Shown here one piece after another: positions 9,705 to 18,230 of a stretch of DNA of 38,480 nucleotides; within the stretch, counting starts at the first letter, position 1; each line of letters begins with the position of its first letter. The DNA is taken from assembly GCA_964619725.1 (NCBI GenBank), contig CAZUFC010000085.1, positions 1 through 38,480 on the forward strand, read 5' to 3'. The notes under the pieces are model-generated. The model had not been told where the DNA came from and made no database searches. It was given only the letters and a program-made list of their open reading frames with translations. Source of the DNA: an uncultured bacterium. Its GTDB lineage: Bacteria; CSSED10-310; CAZUFC01. Made by a program: the position numbers and the translations under genes.

Positions 9705-10597
9705 AATTTTCATCTTACTTTTTTACTGCGTTCCTAACTATTGCCTGTTGTTTTTTAATCTCCTCCCCAAGCGTCAGTAAAAACAACCAGGATGAACATC
9801 CTTACAGGCTGGCCATCGGATATGACGCCTCCACCTTTTTCGAAACCGATATAAAAGATGTAAAAGCAGCTTTCGATCTGTGGGTTCGTTCAGTGGGCGA
9901 AAACGCCGGTCTGGTCACAGAAGCCTATGTCTACGATGATTTAGCCGTCATGCGCGCTGATATCATGAATGGTAAAATCGATATGATTACAGGCTCCTCC
10001 CTTAATTACCTTGAAATCTCCAGCGTCTGTGAAACCGAAATTGCCTACTGCGCGCTTCATGACGATGCAAAAACCTTAAGCTATCTGTTTGTCGTTCACG
10101 CTGATTCCGGCTACACTTCAATCGAGCAATTAGCCGACAGCAGACTCATTATCAATAAGGACGATGATATCGGGCTCTTTTACTATAATGTGCTTCTCCT
10201 GGAGCATGACCTGCCTGAAGCAAAATATTTCTTTTCACATATAATTGCTGAACAAAGTTTTTCCAGAGCGCTGACAAGCTTGTTTTTTGAAAAAGGCGAT
10301 GCCTGCATTACTTCCAACGTCGTTTTTGACCTGATGAAGGAAATCAATCCCCAAATCGGAACAAGACTGAAAATAATCGCCAAATCTCCCGAATATATTC
10401 CGACTCTCGCTTTCTTCAGAAAAGGAGTGGATGAAAATATTAAAGAACTCGTCAGGAATGAACTGGGAAACTTTAAAAACACGACCGCAGGAAGACAAAC
10501 GCTGATGCTCTTTAAAATTAAAAACATTCTCCCTGTCCAGGATAACGAACTCGATAACTTAAGGAAATTGAAAGCCCGTTATGAGGCTCTGAAATGA
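9701..10597 (+). CDS. PhnD/SsuA/transferrin-family periplasmic substrate-binding protein
   Basis: Signal peptide; FVVHADSGYTSIEQLAD, ALTSLFFEKGDAC, LKIIAKSPEY motifs of type-2 periplasmic binding proteins. Confidence 0.82.
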   Translation: MKFSSYFFTAFLTIACCFLISSPSVSKNNQDEHPYRLAIGYDASTFFETDIKDVKAAFDLWVRSVGENAGLVTEAYVYDDLAVMRADIMNGKIDMITGSSLNYLEISSVCETEIAYCALHDDAKTLSYLFVVHADSGYTSIEQLADSRLIINKDDDIGLFYYNVLLLEHDLPEAKYFFSHIIAEQSFSRALTSLFFEKGDACITSNVVFDLMKEINPQIGTRLKIIAKSPEYIPTLAFFRKGVDENIKELVRNELGNFKNTTAGRQTLMLFKIKNILPVQDNELDNLRKLKARYEALK

Positions 10598-11574
10598 GGA
10601 AAACTGCGATACTCAAATATTTACATCTTCCCTGCGCCGGTAAACGCAATAACGCTGTCTTGCGGAATATAGTGTGCCCGGTCGCCGTTTTCTTTTTGCC
10701 GGCGATTCTCTTCCTTCAGCTTCCCACTTCAGCACAAAACCTGGAAAACGCGCATAAGACCGCCCCAAGGATGCATATAGGATTTTACATTCATTCTCTT
10801 TACCAGGCAGACCTTAAAGACGTGAAAGCCGCCACGGACCTGTGGATACTTGAAGTGGGCGAAAAAGCAGGATTAAAAACAAAAGCGTTCGTCTATAAAG
10901 ACGTTCAGAGTCTAATGGATGATTTTAAGGCCGGCAATTTGGATTTGATCCAGATTTCCAGCCTTAAATTCTTAACGCTTTTCGAAGACTTCGATGTTGA
11001 GCCGGCATATGCCGGAAAAATAAACGGTAAACTCAAAAGAAATTACGCCGTCGTAATCAATAAAGACTTCAAATACAACGACCTGGCGGACCTGGAAGAC
11101 GCCACGCTGGCCATCGCCGACAATGACGACATCGGCCTGCTCTACCTTAACGCCCTGCTCCTGGAAAAAAACTTGCCGGAAGCGCCCTGTTTCTTTTCCA
11201 AAATCAAAAAAATGAATTCATTCCAGAAAGCCGTCCTCTCCGTATTCTTCAAGCAATGCGATGTATGTATAACGTACGTCGATCTTTTTAACACTATGAG
11301 CGAATTGAATCCTCAGATAAAAAACAAACTCCGGATAATAGCTTCTTCCCCGCCTTTGCTGCCTATGGTCAGTTTTTATACGAAGGAGTGCGACGAAGCT
11401 GCAAAAGAGATCACATTCGATCAGGTGCGCAACCTGAGCGGCACGAGCTACGGACGCCAGATCATGGCGATATTTAAAAGTGAGGAGATCGTGAGGTTGA
11501 AAGATTCAGACCTGGATTCGCTCAGAGAAACGCTTGAGATTTATCGGCGCCATTCCGTCAACAATATTGAATAG
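10594..11574 (+). CDS. Second PhnD/SsuA/transferrin-family substrate-binding protein (paralogue)
   Basis: Paralogous to the upstream ORF (DLKDVKAATDLW vs DIKDVKAAFDLW; DDIGLLYLNALLLEKNLPEA vs DDIGLFYYNVLLLEHDLPEA). ATGA overlap. Confidence 0.82.
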   Translation: MRKTAILKYLHLPCAGKRNNAVLRNIVCPVAVFFLPAILFLQLPTSAQNLENAHKTAPRMHIGFYIHSLYQADLKDVKAATDLWILEVGEKAGLKTKAFVYKDVQSLMDDFKAGNLDLIQISSLKFLTLFEDFDVEPAYAGKINGKLKRNYAVVINKDFKYNDLADLEDATLAIADNDDIGLLYLNALLLEKNLPEAPCFFSKIKKMNSFQKAVLSVFFKQCDVCITYVDLFNTMSELNPQIKNKLRIIASSPPLLPMVSFYTKECDEAAKEITFDQVRNLSGTSYGRQIMAIFKSEEIVRLKDSDLDSLRETLEIYRRHSVNNIE

Positions 11575-11589
11575 AATTTATTGATCAAA

Positions 11590-13401
11590 ATGTTTGTATT
11601 AAAAAAATCAGAAGCCGAAAATAAATCGGTCCGTAATCGTAAACAACGGAGGAATACGGGAATTTTCTTCCGCAGCTTCATGCTGCTGACTTCAGCCTCC
11701 TCCATCACTATACTCTTCTTTGCCTTCCTGACTATACCTCGCCAACATGACGCCATTCTTAAAAGCATCGAAGCACAGGCGGAAAGCGTTTCAGCATCCA
11801 TAGCCCAGGTTTGCGGAAATGCTATAATGAGCGAAGACTATGCTTTTATTGTGGAACACAATCTTGAAGTCGTGCAGAACAGCGCTGATATTTTATATGT
11901 CATTGTGGCTCGTCATGACGGCTTCAGTCTGCTGCATACCAAAAAGGGATGGGAGCAGAAAAATCTGAATGAAGAATCCTGGGGATTCAATCTGTCTGAA
12001 GCTGACGGCGGAACTATCAGCTACAGCGATATCGCACAAGAGAAAGTCTTTGAATTTTTCATGCCGCTTGAATATTCCGGTTTCCGATGGGGCTTGCTAG
12101 TCATGGGAATTTCCCTGGACCGCCTTAATTCTGAAAAATCATTGATCTACACCAGAATGTTATATCTCAGCCTTTGCTGTCTCGGTATCGGCATGACTTT
12201 GGCCTACGTGTTCGCCCGTCGATTGACTCGCCCCATTCTTTCCCTGGTCGACGCCACCAAAAAAATTGCTCAAGGGGATATGAACGCCAAAGCTTCCGTA
12301 TCTTCCGGCGATGAAATTGAAGAGCTTGCTGTTTCATTCAATAATATGACCGAAAATCTGAAAAAGACTACCGTCTCCAAAAACTACATGGACAATATTA
12401 TCTCAGGCATGAACGATTTATTGATCGTCACTGATATGCAACTCAACATAAAACTCATTAATGAAGCCGTTCAAAGGATGTTGGGTTATTCAGAAGATGA
12501 ACTGAAATCAAAGCCTCTCCTTACGCTTTTTAACTTTTCACCCGAATCGGACCGCAGCGCTGAAACCCTTCGCTCATTATGCAGCGAGCGACCGCAGGAA
12601 GAATTCGGCTTCAAAAACCTGGAGGCCGAGATGATTTTGAAGGACGGAAAGATAATCCCCGTCCTGGCATCCTCCACTGCTATGAAAAGTAAATCGGACG
12701 TTCACACCGGCATTATTCTGGTTGCAGTGGATATCTCAGAACGTAAGAAGGCTGAAGAGAAAATAAGAGCTTCGCTGACCGAAAAGGAAGTGCTGTTAAA
12801 AGAAATTCATCATCGAGTCAAAAACAATCTGCAGGTAATTTCCAGCTTGTTGTATCTCCAATCCAAAAATACGAAAGACCTGGAAGCTTTGAATCAGTTG
12901 CAGGAAAGCCGGCATCGCGTCAGGTCAATGGCCCTGATCCATGAAAAGCTGTATCGTTCGAAGGATCTGGTAAAAATTGACTTCAATGATTATTTGAAAA
13001 ATTTGCTGAGCAGTCTGTTCAATTCGTACAAGTCGAACAAAGCCAAAATAAACCTTAAAATCGACGTGGATAACATTTTTCTTAATATACATACAGCCAT
13101 ACCCTGCGGCCTGATAGTCAACGAGATCGTATCCAATTCGCTAAAACATGCGTTTCCTAACGGCAATGAGGGAAATATCATGATTTCTTTGAAGCGGAAA
13201 TCCTCTGAGATGATTGAACTTACTGCTGCAGACGACGGCATAGGACTGCCTGATGATATTGATGTCGAAAAATTCAATTCTCTGGGAATGAAATTGATTC
13301 ACATGTTTACGGAACAATTAAGCGGAGAATTGCGTATAAACGGAAATCAAGGGGCTCAATACTGCATTGCCTTTCAGGAAAAAAATAGACGGGGGAAATA
13401 G
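11590..13401 (+). CDS. Membrane sensor histidine kinase (periplasmic domain, HAMP, PAS, HisKA_2, HATPase)
   Basis: Two TM helices; HAMP (DEIEELAVSFNNM); PAS; HisKA_2 motif LLKEIHHRVKNNLQVISSLL; NEIVSNSLKHAF; DDGIGLP. Start ATG 11590 or TTG 11581. Confidence 0.93.
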   Translation: MFVLKKSEAENKSVRNRKQRRNTGIFFRSFMLLTSASSITILFFAFLTIPRQHDAILKSIEAQAESVSASIAQVCGNAIMSEDYAFIVEHNLEVVQNSADILYVIVARHDGFSLLHTKKGWEQKNLNEESWGFNLSEADGGTISYSDIAQEKVFEFFMPLEYSGFRWGLLVMGISLDRLNSEKSLIYTRMLYLSLCCLGIGMTLAYVFARRLTRPILSLVDATKKIAQGDMNAKASVSSGDEIEELAVSFNNMTENLKKTTVSKNYMDNIISGMNDLLIVTDMQLNIKLINEAVQRMLGYSEDELKSKPLLTLFNFSPESDRSAETLRSLCSERPQEEFGFKNLEAEMILKDGKIIPVLASSTAMKSKSDVHTGIILVAVDISERKKAEEKIRASLTEKEVLLKEIHHRVKNNLQVISSLLYLQSKNTKDLEALNQLQESRHRVRSMALIHEKLYRSKDLVKIDFNDYLKNLLSSLFNSYKSNKAKINLKIDVDNIFLNIHTAIPCGLIVNEIVSNSLKHAFPNGNEGNIMISLKRKSSEMIELTAADDGIGLPDDIDVEKFNSLGMKLIHMFTEQLSGELRINGNQGAQYCIAFQEKNRRGK

Positions 13402-13404
13402 AGA

Positions 13405-15066
13405 ATGGGAAAAGCGAGAATACTCATAGTTGAAGACGAGATAGCCATAGCTGAGGAACTGAAAGATCGATTGATCACGGCAGGATATGAAGTTCCCGCC
13501 CGAACAGCGACGGGCGAAAAGGCCGTAGAGCTGGCTGGGGAGATAGACCCGGACCTGGTGCTGATGGATATCAATCTTGAAGGAGAAATGAACGGCATCC
13601 AGGCTGCCGAACAGATCAGATCGCGCCAGAACATCCCAATTGTATTCATAACAGCTTATTCCGATGAAGAAACTCTGCAGAGAGCCAAAATTACGGAACC
13701 GTACGGTTTCATCGTCAAGCCTTTCGACGACCGGGAATTACATATAAACGTGGAGATTTCACTTTATAAGGCTGCAATGGAACGGAAACTGCGAGAAAGA
13801 GAAGCCTGGCTCTCTACAACGCTCAGAAGCATCGGTGATGCCGTCATATCAACAGATCACAAGGCGATCGTCACTTTCATCAATCCCGTAGCGGAATCCC
13901 TGACAGGTTGGAATGCAGAAAACGCCGTCGGCATGGCATTAGATGAAATTCTTATATTGGAAGATGAAAAGACCGGCCGTAGAGTGGATAATCTGATCGA
14001 ACGCATACTGCAGGAAAAACAGGTCGCTTTTTTGAAAAATCACATTCTGACATCCAGAGACGGCAGACGAATTCCCATAGACGACAGTGCTGCGCCCATA
14101 AAAAATGAAGCCGGTTCAATCTACGGAGTCGTCATAGTATTTCGTGACATTACTGAAAAACGAGCTGCGGAGAGGGCAATTGAAAAAGCGAAAAATGAAC
14201 TGGAAAAACGAGTCGAACTGAGAACCCGGGAATTGACCGAAACGCTCAAAATGCTCCGCGATCAAATCACCGAAAGAAAAAAAGCCCAGGGAGAAAAAGA
14301 GCGGATACAAGCTCAACTGTTCCAATCTCAAAAAATGGAAGCGATAGGAAACCTGGCAGGCGGTATTGCTCATGATTTCAATAATGTTCTGGGCGCCATC
14401 ATCGGCTATAGCGATTTATCCCTCTCAGACAAGCGGTTTCCCACTTGTCCCGCGCAAGAGGTGGAAAAAATAAAAAAAATAGCGGAAGCCGCTAAATCCC
14501 TGACATCCCAATTACTTGCCTTCAGCAGAAAACAGAACATTGAACTCGAAACCGTGAATCTGAACAGGATATTCAATGATATGGGGGGATTGCTGGACAG
14601 GCTTATCAAGGGCAATATCCGGCTGACCGCTGATCTTGAGCAAAATATATGGCCCGCCAAAGCCGACTCGGGACAATTGAAGCAGGTCATTATGAACCTG
14701 GTTATTAACGCCCGCGATGCATTGCCGGACGGAGGGGATATCCAGGTTACCACTCGTAATGCTTTCATAAGCGAAGAGGATGCCGGTCGGGAACCTCGGG
14801 CCAGACGGGGACGGCACATATGCTTGAGTATCAGGGATAACGGGTCTGGAATTGATGAAACAATGCTAGATCGCATATTCGAACCCTTTTTTACGACCAA
14901 AGAGCGAAGTAAAGGAACCGGCCTGGGCCTCTCAGTCGTTTACGGAATAGTTAAGAAACACGGCGGCTGGATCGAAGTGAAAACAAAAATAAACCAGGGA
15001 ACAGTCTTCGATGTTTACCTGCCGGCCATTGAAGAACACCCGGTGAATGTTGCGTCGCAACAATAA
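13405..15066 (+). CDS. Hybrid response regulator / histidine kinase (REC-PAS-HisKA-HATPase)
   Basis: REC (ILIVEDE, DLVLMDI, KPF); PAS; QKMEAIGNLAGGIAHDFNN; NLVINARDA, DNGSGI, FEPFFTTK, GTGLGLS. Confidence 0.93.
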   Translation: MGKARILIVEDEIAIAEELKDRLITAGYEVPARTATGEKAVELAGEIDPDLVLMDINLEGEMNGIQAAEQIRSRQNIPIVFITAYSDEETLQRAKITEPYGFIVKPFDDRELHINVEISLYKAAMERKLREREAWLSTTLRSIGDAVISTDHKAIVTFINPVAESLTGWNAENAVGMALDEILILEDEKTGRRVDNLIERILQEKQVAFLKNHILTSRDGRRIPIDDSAAPIKNEAGSIYGVVIVFRDITEKRAAERAIEKAKNELEKRVELRTRELTETLKMLRDQITERKKAQGEKERIQAQLFQSQKMEAIGNLAGGIAHDFNNVLGAIIGYSDLSLSDKRFPTCPAQEVEKIKKIAEAAKSLTSQLLAFSRKQNIELETVNLNRIFNDMGGLLDRLIKGNIRLTADLEQNIWPAKADSGQLKQVIMNLVINARDALPDGGDIQVTTRNAFISEEDAGREPRARRGRHICLSIRDNGSGIDETMLDRIFEPFFTTKERSKGTGLGLSVVYGIVKKHGGWIEVKTKINQGTVFDVYLPAIEEHPVNVASQQ

Positions 15067-15170
15067 TCGACCGGTTTCTCCCCCAGGCCGCGCCAGACAG
15101 CATTATCCCGGCTTGCCCGCGTCCGCTCCGGCATGCCGAGTAAAAATGAGTTGTCAACAAGCGCTAATTA

Positions 15171-15370
15171 GTTTTTGTCCATAAACGGCGAATTTTCTTC
15201 AATACTGAGTCAGTCTTCGGATTTGCTCAGTCAAAGTATAAGCAATACCCCTGCTTCGCAAATCCTTACCATCCTTGTCTTAAGAAAAATTCGCCCGTTT
15301 ATGGATCAAAAACCGCAGTGGCTGTCCAGCATTAAATTTTGAATCGAGATTCGAGTTTATGGACAGGCAC
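15171..15370. mobile_element. 200-bp palindromic MITE/REP-like element, copy 1
   Basis: Imperfect terminal inverted repeats GTTTTTGTCCATAAAC ... GTTTATGGACAGGCAC; TAATTA on both flanks (15165-15170, 15371-15376); about 184/200 identical by hand count to 27127-27326. Confidence 0.85.
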
Positions 15371-16845
15371 TAATTAATAAACCAATCCATCGTACAAATA
15401 TCGCCTATAACCGCACCCGAATAGGGGTCTATGAAAGCTCCCCACCACGTAAAACTCAGACCCGACATGCCGCCGGGAATGAAGGGAACGCTTATAATTT
15501 TCATGCCGAATTCAGTTTCAATCGGTAAGTTCAAATGAATGCAGGAAGGCGTTGTGGACCACGTGGGGAAAAAATAATAGGCATCACCAAACTGAAGCAC
15601 GCAGTAAAGCATTACTTCCTCATCCAGTCCGGGATTGTCCAGCAGTAAATCCGTCTCTAACGAATCCCCCTCTGAAAAAGACTGTTTGTTCATTTCCAGC
15701 ATAAGGCGGGGCGCATCCTCCAACTCACCGAAACCCATATAAGTGATGTAAGTCGTAATCCACATCTGATCCTCATCATCCGCATCAATTTCTCTGGCCG
15801 GTATGCCTCCGTCCTGGTCTCCGTCCTGGAGCCTCTGGATTCTCGCTAACTGCAGCGAACGCTTCCTGTATTCAAAATCTCCAGTAACTTTCCAGATGAT
15901 GTCATCCGCCAGGGCATACCAGCAGTTCCAGGCGTTTTGCCACTGATTGGCGTCCGGGTCTGTAGCATATTCAGCAGGGATGTAATCCGTCATCAGAGGA
16001 GCATACTCATTCAACCATTCAGACCCCATGGACGGACTTTCATGAAAAAAAGCTTTCATGACCGCCCAGAAAGCGACTCCTCCCGACAGCGCCCACGTGT
16101 AACCGTTCAAACGTTCTTCCGGATCGTTTTCAATCCATAACTTTATTCCTTCAGCCATATCCGTCGCCGCATTCATGTATGTTTCATCATCACGATAAAC
16201 TCCGTATTCATAAAGGTTCCCTACTGCCCAGGCAGTCGCATACGCGTTGATTCCAGCGAGCGGCGCTCCTTCCGAATAATCAAGCGGATGATCGATTATA
16301 TGCTCAGCACAGTCATTCATATACGGCATGAACGAACTCTCCTCATAAACCTCCTCATACTTCATTCCGCATCTCAATGCCCATCCGCAGTTCCATACCC
16401 TGTACCAGACGCCTTCTTCGTCGTACGCAGGATAATTCTCCACATAGGTCCAGGCATCCTCTACATTACCCGCATAGGTTTCCGTATCGCCGTTCAACTC
16501 GCCCCACCTGCACCATACCCATATCGCCTCCTGTGTATTATCCGTCTGCACAATCTCATATGTCTCCTCAGACTCACCTTCACGCATCCCTCCAAAATGT
16601 TCATGCTCCATATCCGCAACCTGATATTCGGCCAGGTATTCCGAAATCTCTGATAACTCGGCCATATAATCCAGCATATCCATCCCGGCCCCGATCCGGG
16701 GATCATGTTCCGTCAACTTCACGGGAGGATAAACAAAGCCTCTCGTCAGGCGATCTTCGGGCACATAATTCGTCGCTGATGCTGAACCTGAAAAAATGAC
16801 TGAAACTAAAAACGCCGCCGACATCACTTGGACTGATTTTTTCAT
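15370..16845 (-). CDS. Secreted protein with putative alpha/alpha-toroid (six-hairpin glycosidase/cyclase-like) domain and a conserved C-terminal domain
   Basis: ATG at 16845 after SD AGGAGG; signal peptide MKKSVQVMSAAFLVSVIFSGSASA; Trp/Tyr-rich helical repeats; QDGDQDGGIP turn motif; last ~115 aa resemble the M6 protease C-terminus. The fold is inferred. Confidence 0.78.
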   Translation of the reverse strand: MKKSVQVMSAAFLVSVIFSGSASATNYVPEDRLTRGFVYPPVKLTEHDPRIGAGMDMLDYMAELSEISEYLAEYQVADMEHEHFGGMREGESEETYEIVQTDNTQEAIWVWCRWGELNGDTETYAGNVEDAWTYVENYPAYDEEGVWYRVWNCGWALRCGMKYEEVYEESSFMPYMNDCAEHIIDHPLDYSEGAPLAGINAYATAWAVGNLYEYGVYRDDETYMNAATDMAEGIKLWIENDPEERLNGYTWALSGGVAFWAVMKAFFHESPSMGSEWLNEYAPLMTDYIPAEYATDPDANQWQNAWNCWYALADDIIWKVTGDFEYRKRSLQLARIQRLQDGDQDGGIPAREIDADDEDQMWITTYITYMGFGELEDAPRLMLEMNKQSFSEGDSLETDLLLDNPGLDEEVMLYCVLQFGDAYYFFPTWSTTPSCIHLNLPIETEFGMKIISVPFIPGGMSGLSFTWWGAFIDPYSGAVIGDICTMDWFIN

Positions 16846-16910
16846 CTTTCCCTCCTGCATATTTAAAATGTTTATTATACGTTGCTCAGCCTTCCTTCCA
16901 TTCAATAAAA

Positions 16911-17081
16911 AGCGCCGGGGCTGCACTGAACGGAATCTTGATGCACTAGTGACTATGAATTAACGGGAATGATCGAACAGGGATTACAAGTTCAGCCTAT
17001 CGCTTCCTCTCTTACCCGTGATTATCCCTGCAATCCGTTATTGCAGAACCTTCGTAATCGTATCCTTAAAACCCGGGCGCT
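16911..17081. ncRNA. Possible structured RNA (unclassified, ~170 nt)
   Basis: Complementary ends (AGCGCCGGG / CCCGGGCGCT); internal complementary pairs CTGCA..AACGGA / TCCGTT..TGCAG, CAGGGAT / ATCCCTG, ACGGG / CCCGT; T-run after the 3' end on the minus strand. No family recognised. Confidence 0.3.
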
Positions 17082-17322
17082 CTGATCATCCCCGAATTAA
17101 TGGGTTGGTTGACGCTCTGAAGGATTAAAAAACAATACTCGACCGAATTAACAATCAGCTCGCTCTTTTCCGAATCCCCTCAATCGTTGCAAGAAGACTG
17201 TTACTCTGACGGGAAAACTCTCTTTGGCGTTTTTCCCTTTTTCCTTAGAATTCCGGCATCCCTCTAACTTCAACAGGAGCAAATCAGTCGCCGGTCAGCC
17301 CCCGATAAATCGCCCCTTAAAA

Positions 17323-17562
17323 TTAAAACTCCACCACATTGCAGGTTACGGTACGAATAACCCCTTCAACCTTCTGAACACGATTAAGCGATATTCTTCC
17401 TATGGCGGCCATGTCTTCCGCTTCCACTTCTGCTATGATGTCATATTGCCCTGTTATGGCATGTGCAAAATTCACCTGGTCTATTGATTTGAGTTCTTTC
17501 AAAACTTTCAATACATAACCGGCAGCCACCTCAATTAAAATGTAAGCTTTTGCGTTTTTCAT
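17323..17562 (-). CDS. Stand-alone Lrp/AsnC ligand-binding (RAM) domain protein
   Basis: 79 aa; AYILIEV...AHAITGQYDIIAEVEA...VQKVEGVIRTVT; no HTH; SD AGGAG. Confidence 0.88.
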   Translation of the reverse strand: MKNAKAYILIEVAAGYVLKVLKELKSIDQVNFAHAITGQYDIIAEVEAEDMAAIGRISLNRVQKVEGVIRTVTCNVVEF

Positions 17563-17579
17563 GATATTCTCCTGCTTTC

Positions 17580-18002
17580 TTAAGATTTTTCTAATTTCTC
17601 TCGTATCTTACGACCATAATCAGACATTTCATTTTCTTTATATTGGACTTTCGAAGAAATTGAAAAAACCCTCTCCCCTTCTGTCCTCGGTATGATATGA
17701 ACATGAAGGTGGGGAACTTCCTGCCCTGCCGACTTGCCGTGATTAATCAACAAATTGAAGCCGTCAGCGCCTGCAGCGGTTACCGCAGCCTGGGATACTC
17801 GTGCGACAGCTTCAAAAAGCGATGCCAGTTCCGGCCCTGGAATATCGGTGATTCTTTCGTAATGAGCTTTCGGAATGACCAATACATGTCCTTTCGTAAA
17901 GGGCTCAATATCCATGAAAGAGATGTTATCCTCATCTTCATAAACTTTCTCGCTCGGAATTTGACCATTGATGATCTTACAAAAAATACAATTCATGCCC
18001 AT
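17580..18002 (-). CDS. HIT family (histidine triad) nucleotide-binding protein
   Basis: CIFCKII, GHVLVIPK, AGQEVPHLHVHIIPR. Confidence 0.95.
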   Translation of the reverse strand: MGMNCIFCKIINGQIPSEKVYEDEDNISFMDIEPFTKGHVLVIPKAHYERITDIPGPELASLFEAVARVSQAAVTAAGADGFNLLINHGKSAGQEVPHLHVHIIPRTEGERVFSISSKVQYKENEMSDYGRKIREKLEKS

Positions 18003-18168
18003 CCTCTCTTCCTCTATTCTCCTTTCATCGCTGAACCGTTCGACCTCAGCCGCCTTCCCGCAGCTCGCCGCCCTCCATTCCAGTCGTCATATCCCGGCGA
18101 AATTCATTTTACAACACTGATTGCCGGGACTTCTTCGCGAATTCGATTAGACGACGCGTTCATACATT

Positions 18169-18197
18169 ACAGTAATGCCTATTAAAGGAAATATCAA
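18169..18197 (-). promoter_or_regulatory. Putative sigma70 promoter for the HIT-Lrp genes with an overlapping palindrome
   Basis: Minus strand TTGATA (18197-18192), 17-nt spacer, TACTGT (18174-18169). Perfect inverted repeat CATTAC-A-GTAATG (18165-18177) overlaps the -10 box. Confidence 0.4.
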
Positions 18198-18230
18198 GTT
18201 TTTTCCTTAGAATCCTTCAACCGGGGACAA

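Noticed and set aside
16846-16926. N-terminal extensions in the ORF track (also 31720-31800, 22691-22747, 24840-24869, 36836-36865)
   Set aside because: Downstream ATGs fit better with SD sequences, signal peptides or stop-start overlaps.
16911-17030. glmS ribozyme-like words on the plus strand (AGCGCC...AGTGAC...ATCGAA...TTCAGC)
   Set aside because: The conserved GACGAGG and GGCGG elements are missing and there is no downstream plus-strand glmS gene. Kept only as an unclassified structured candidate.
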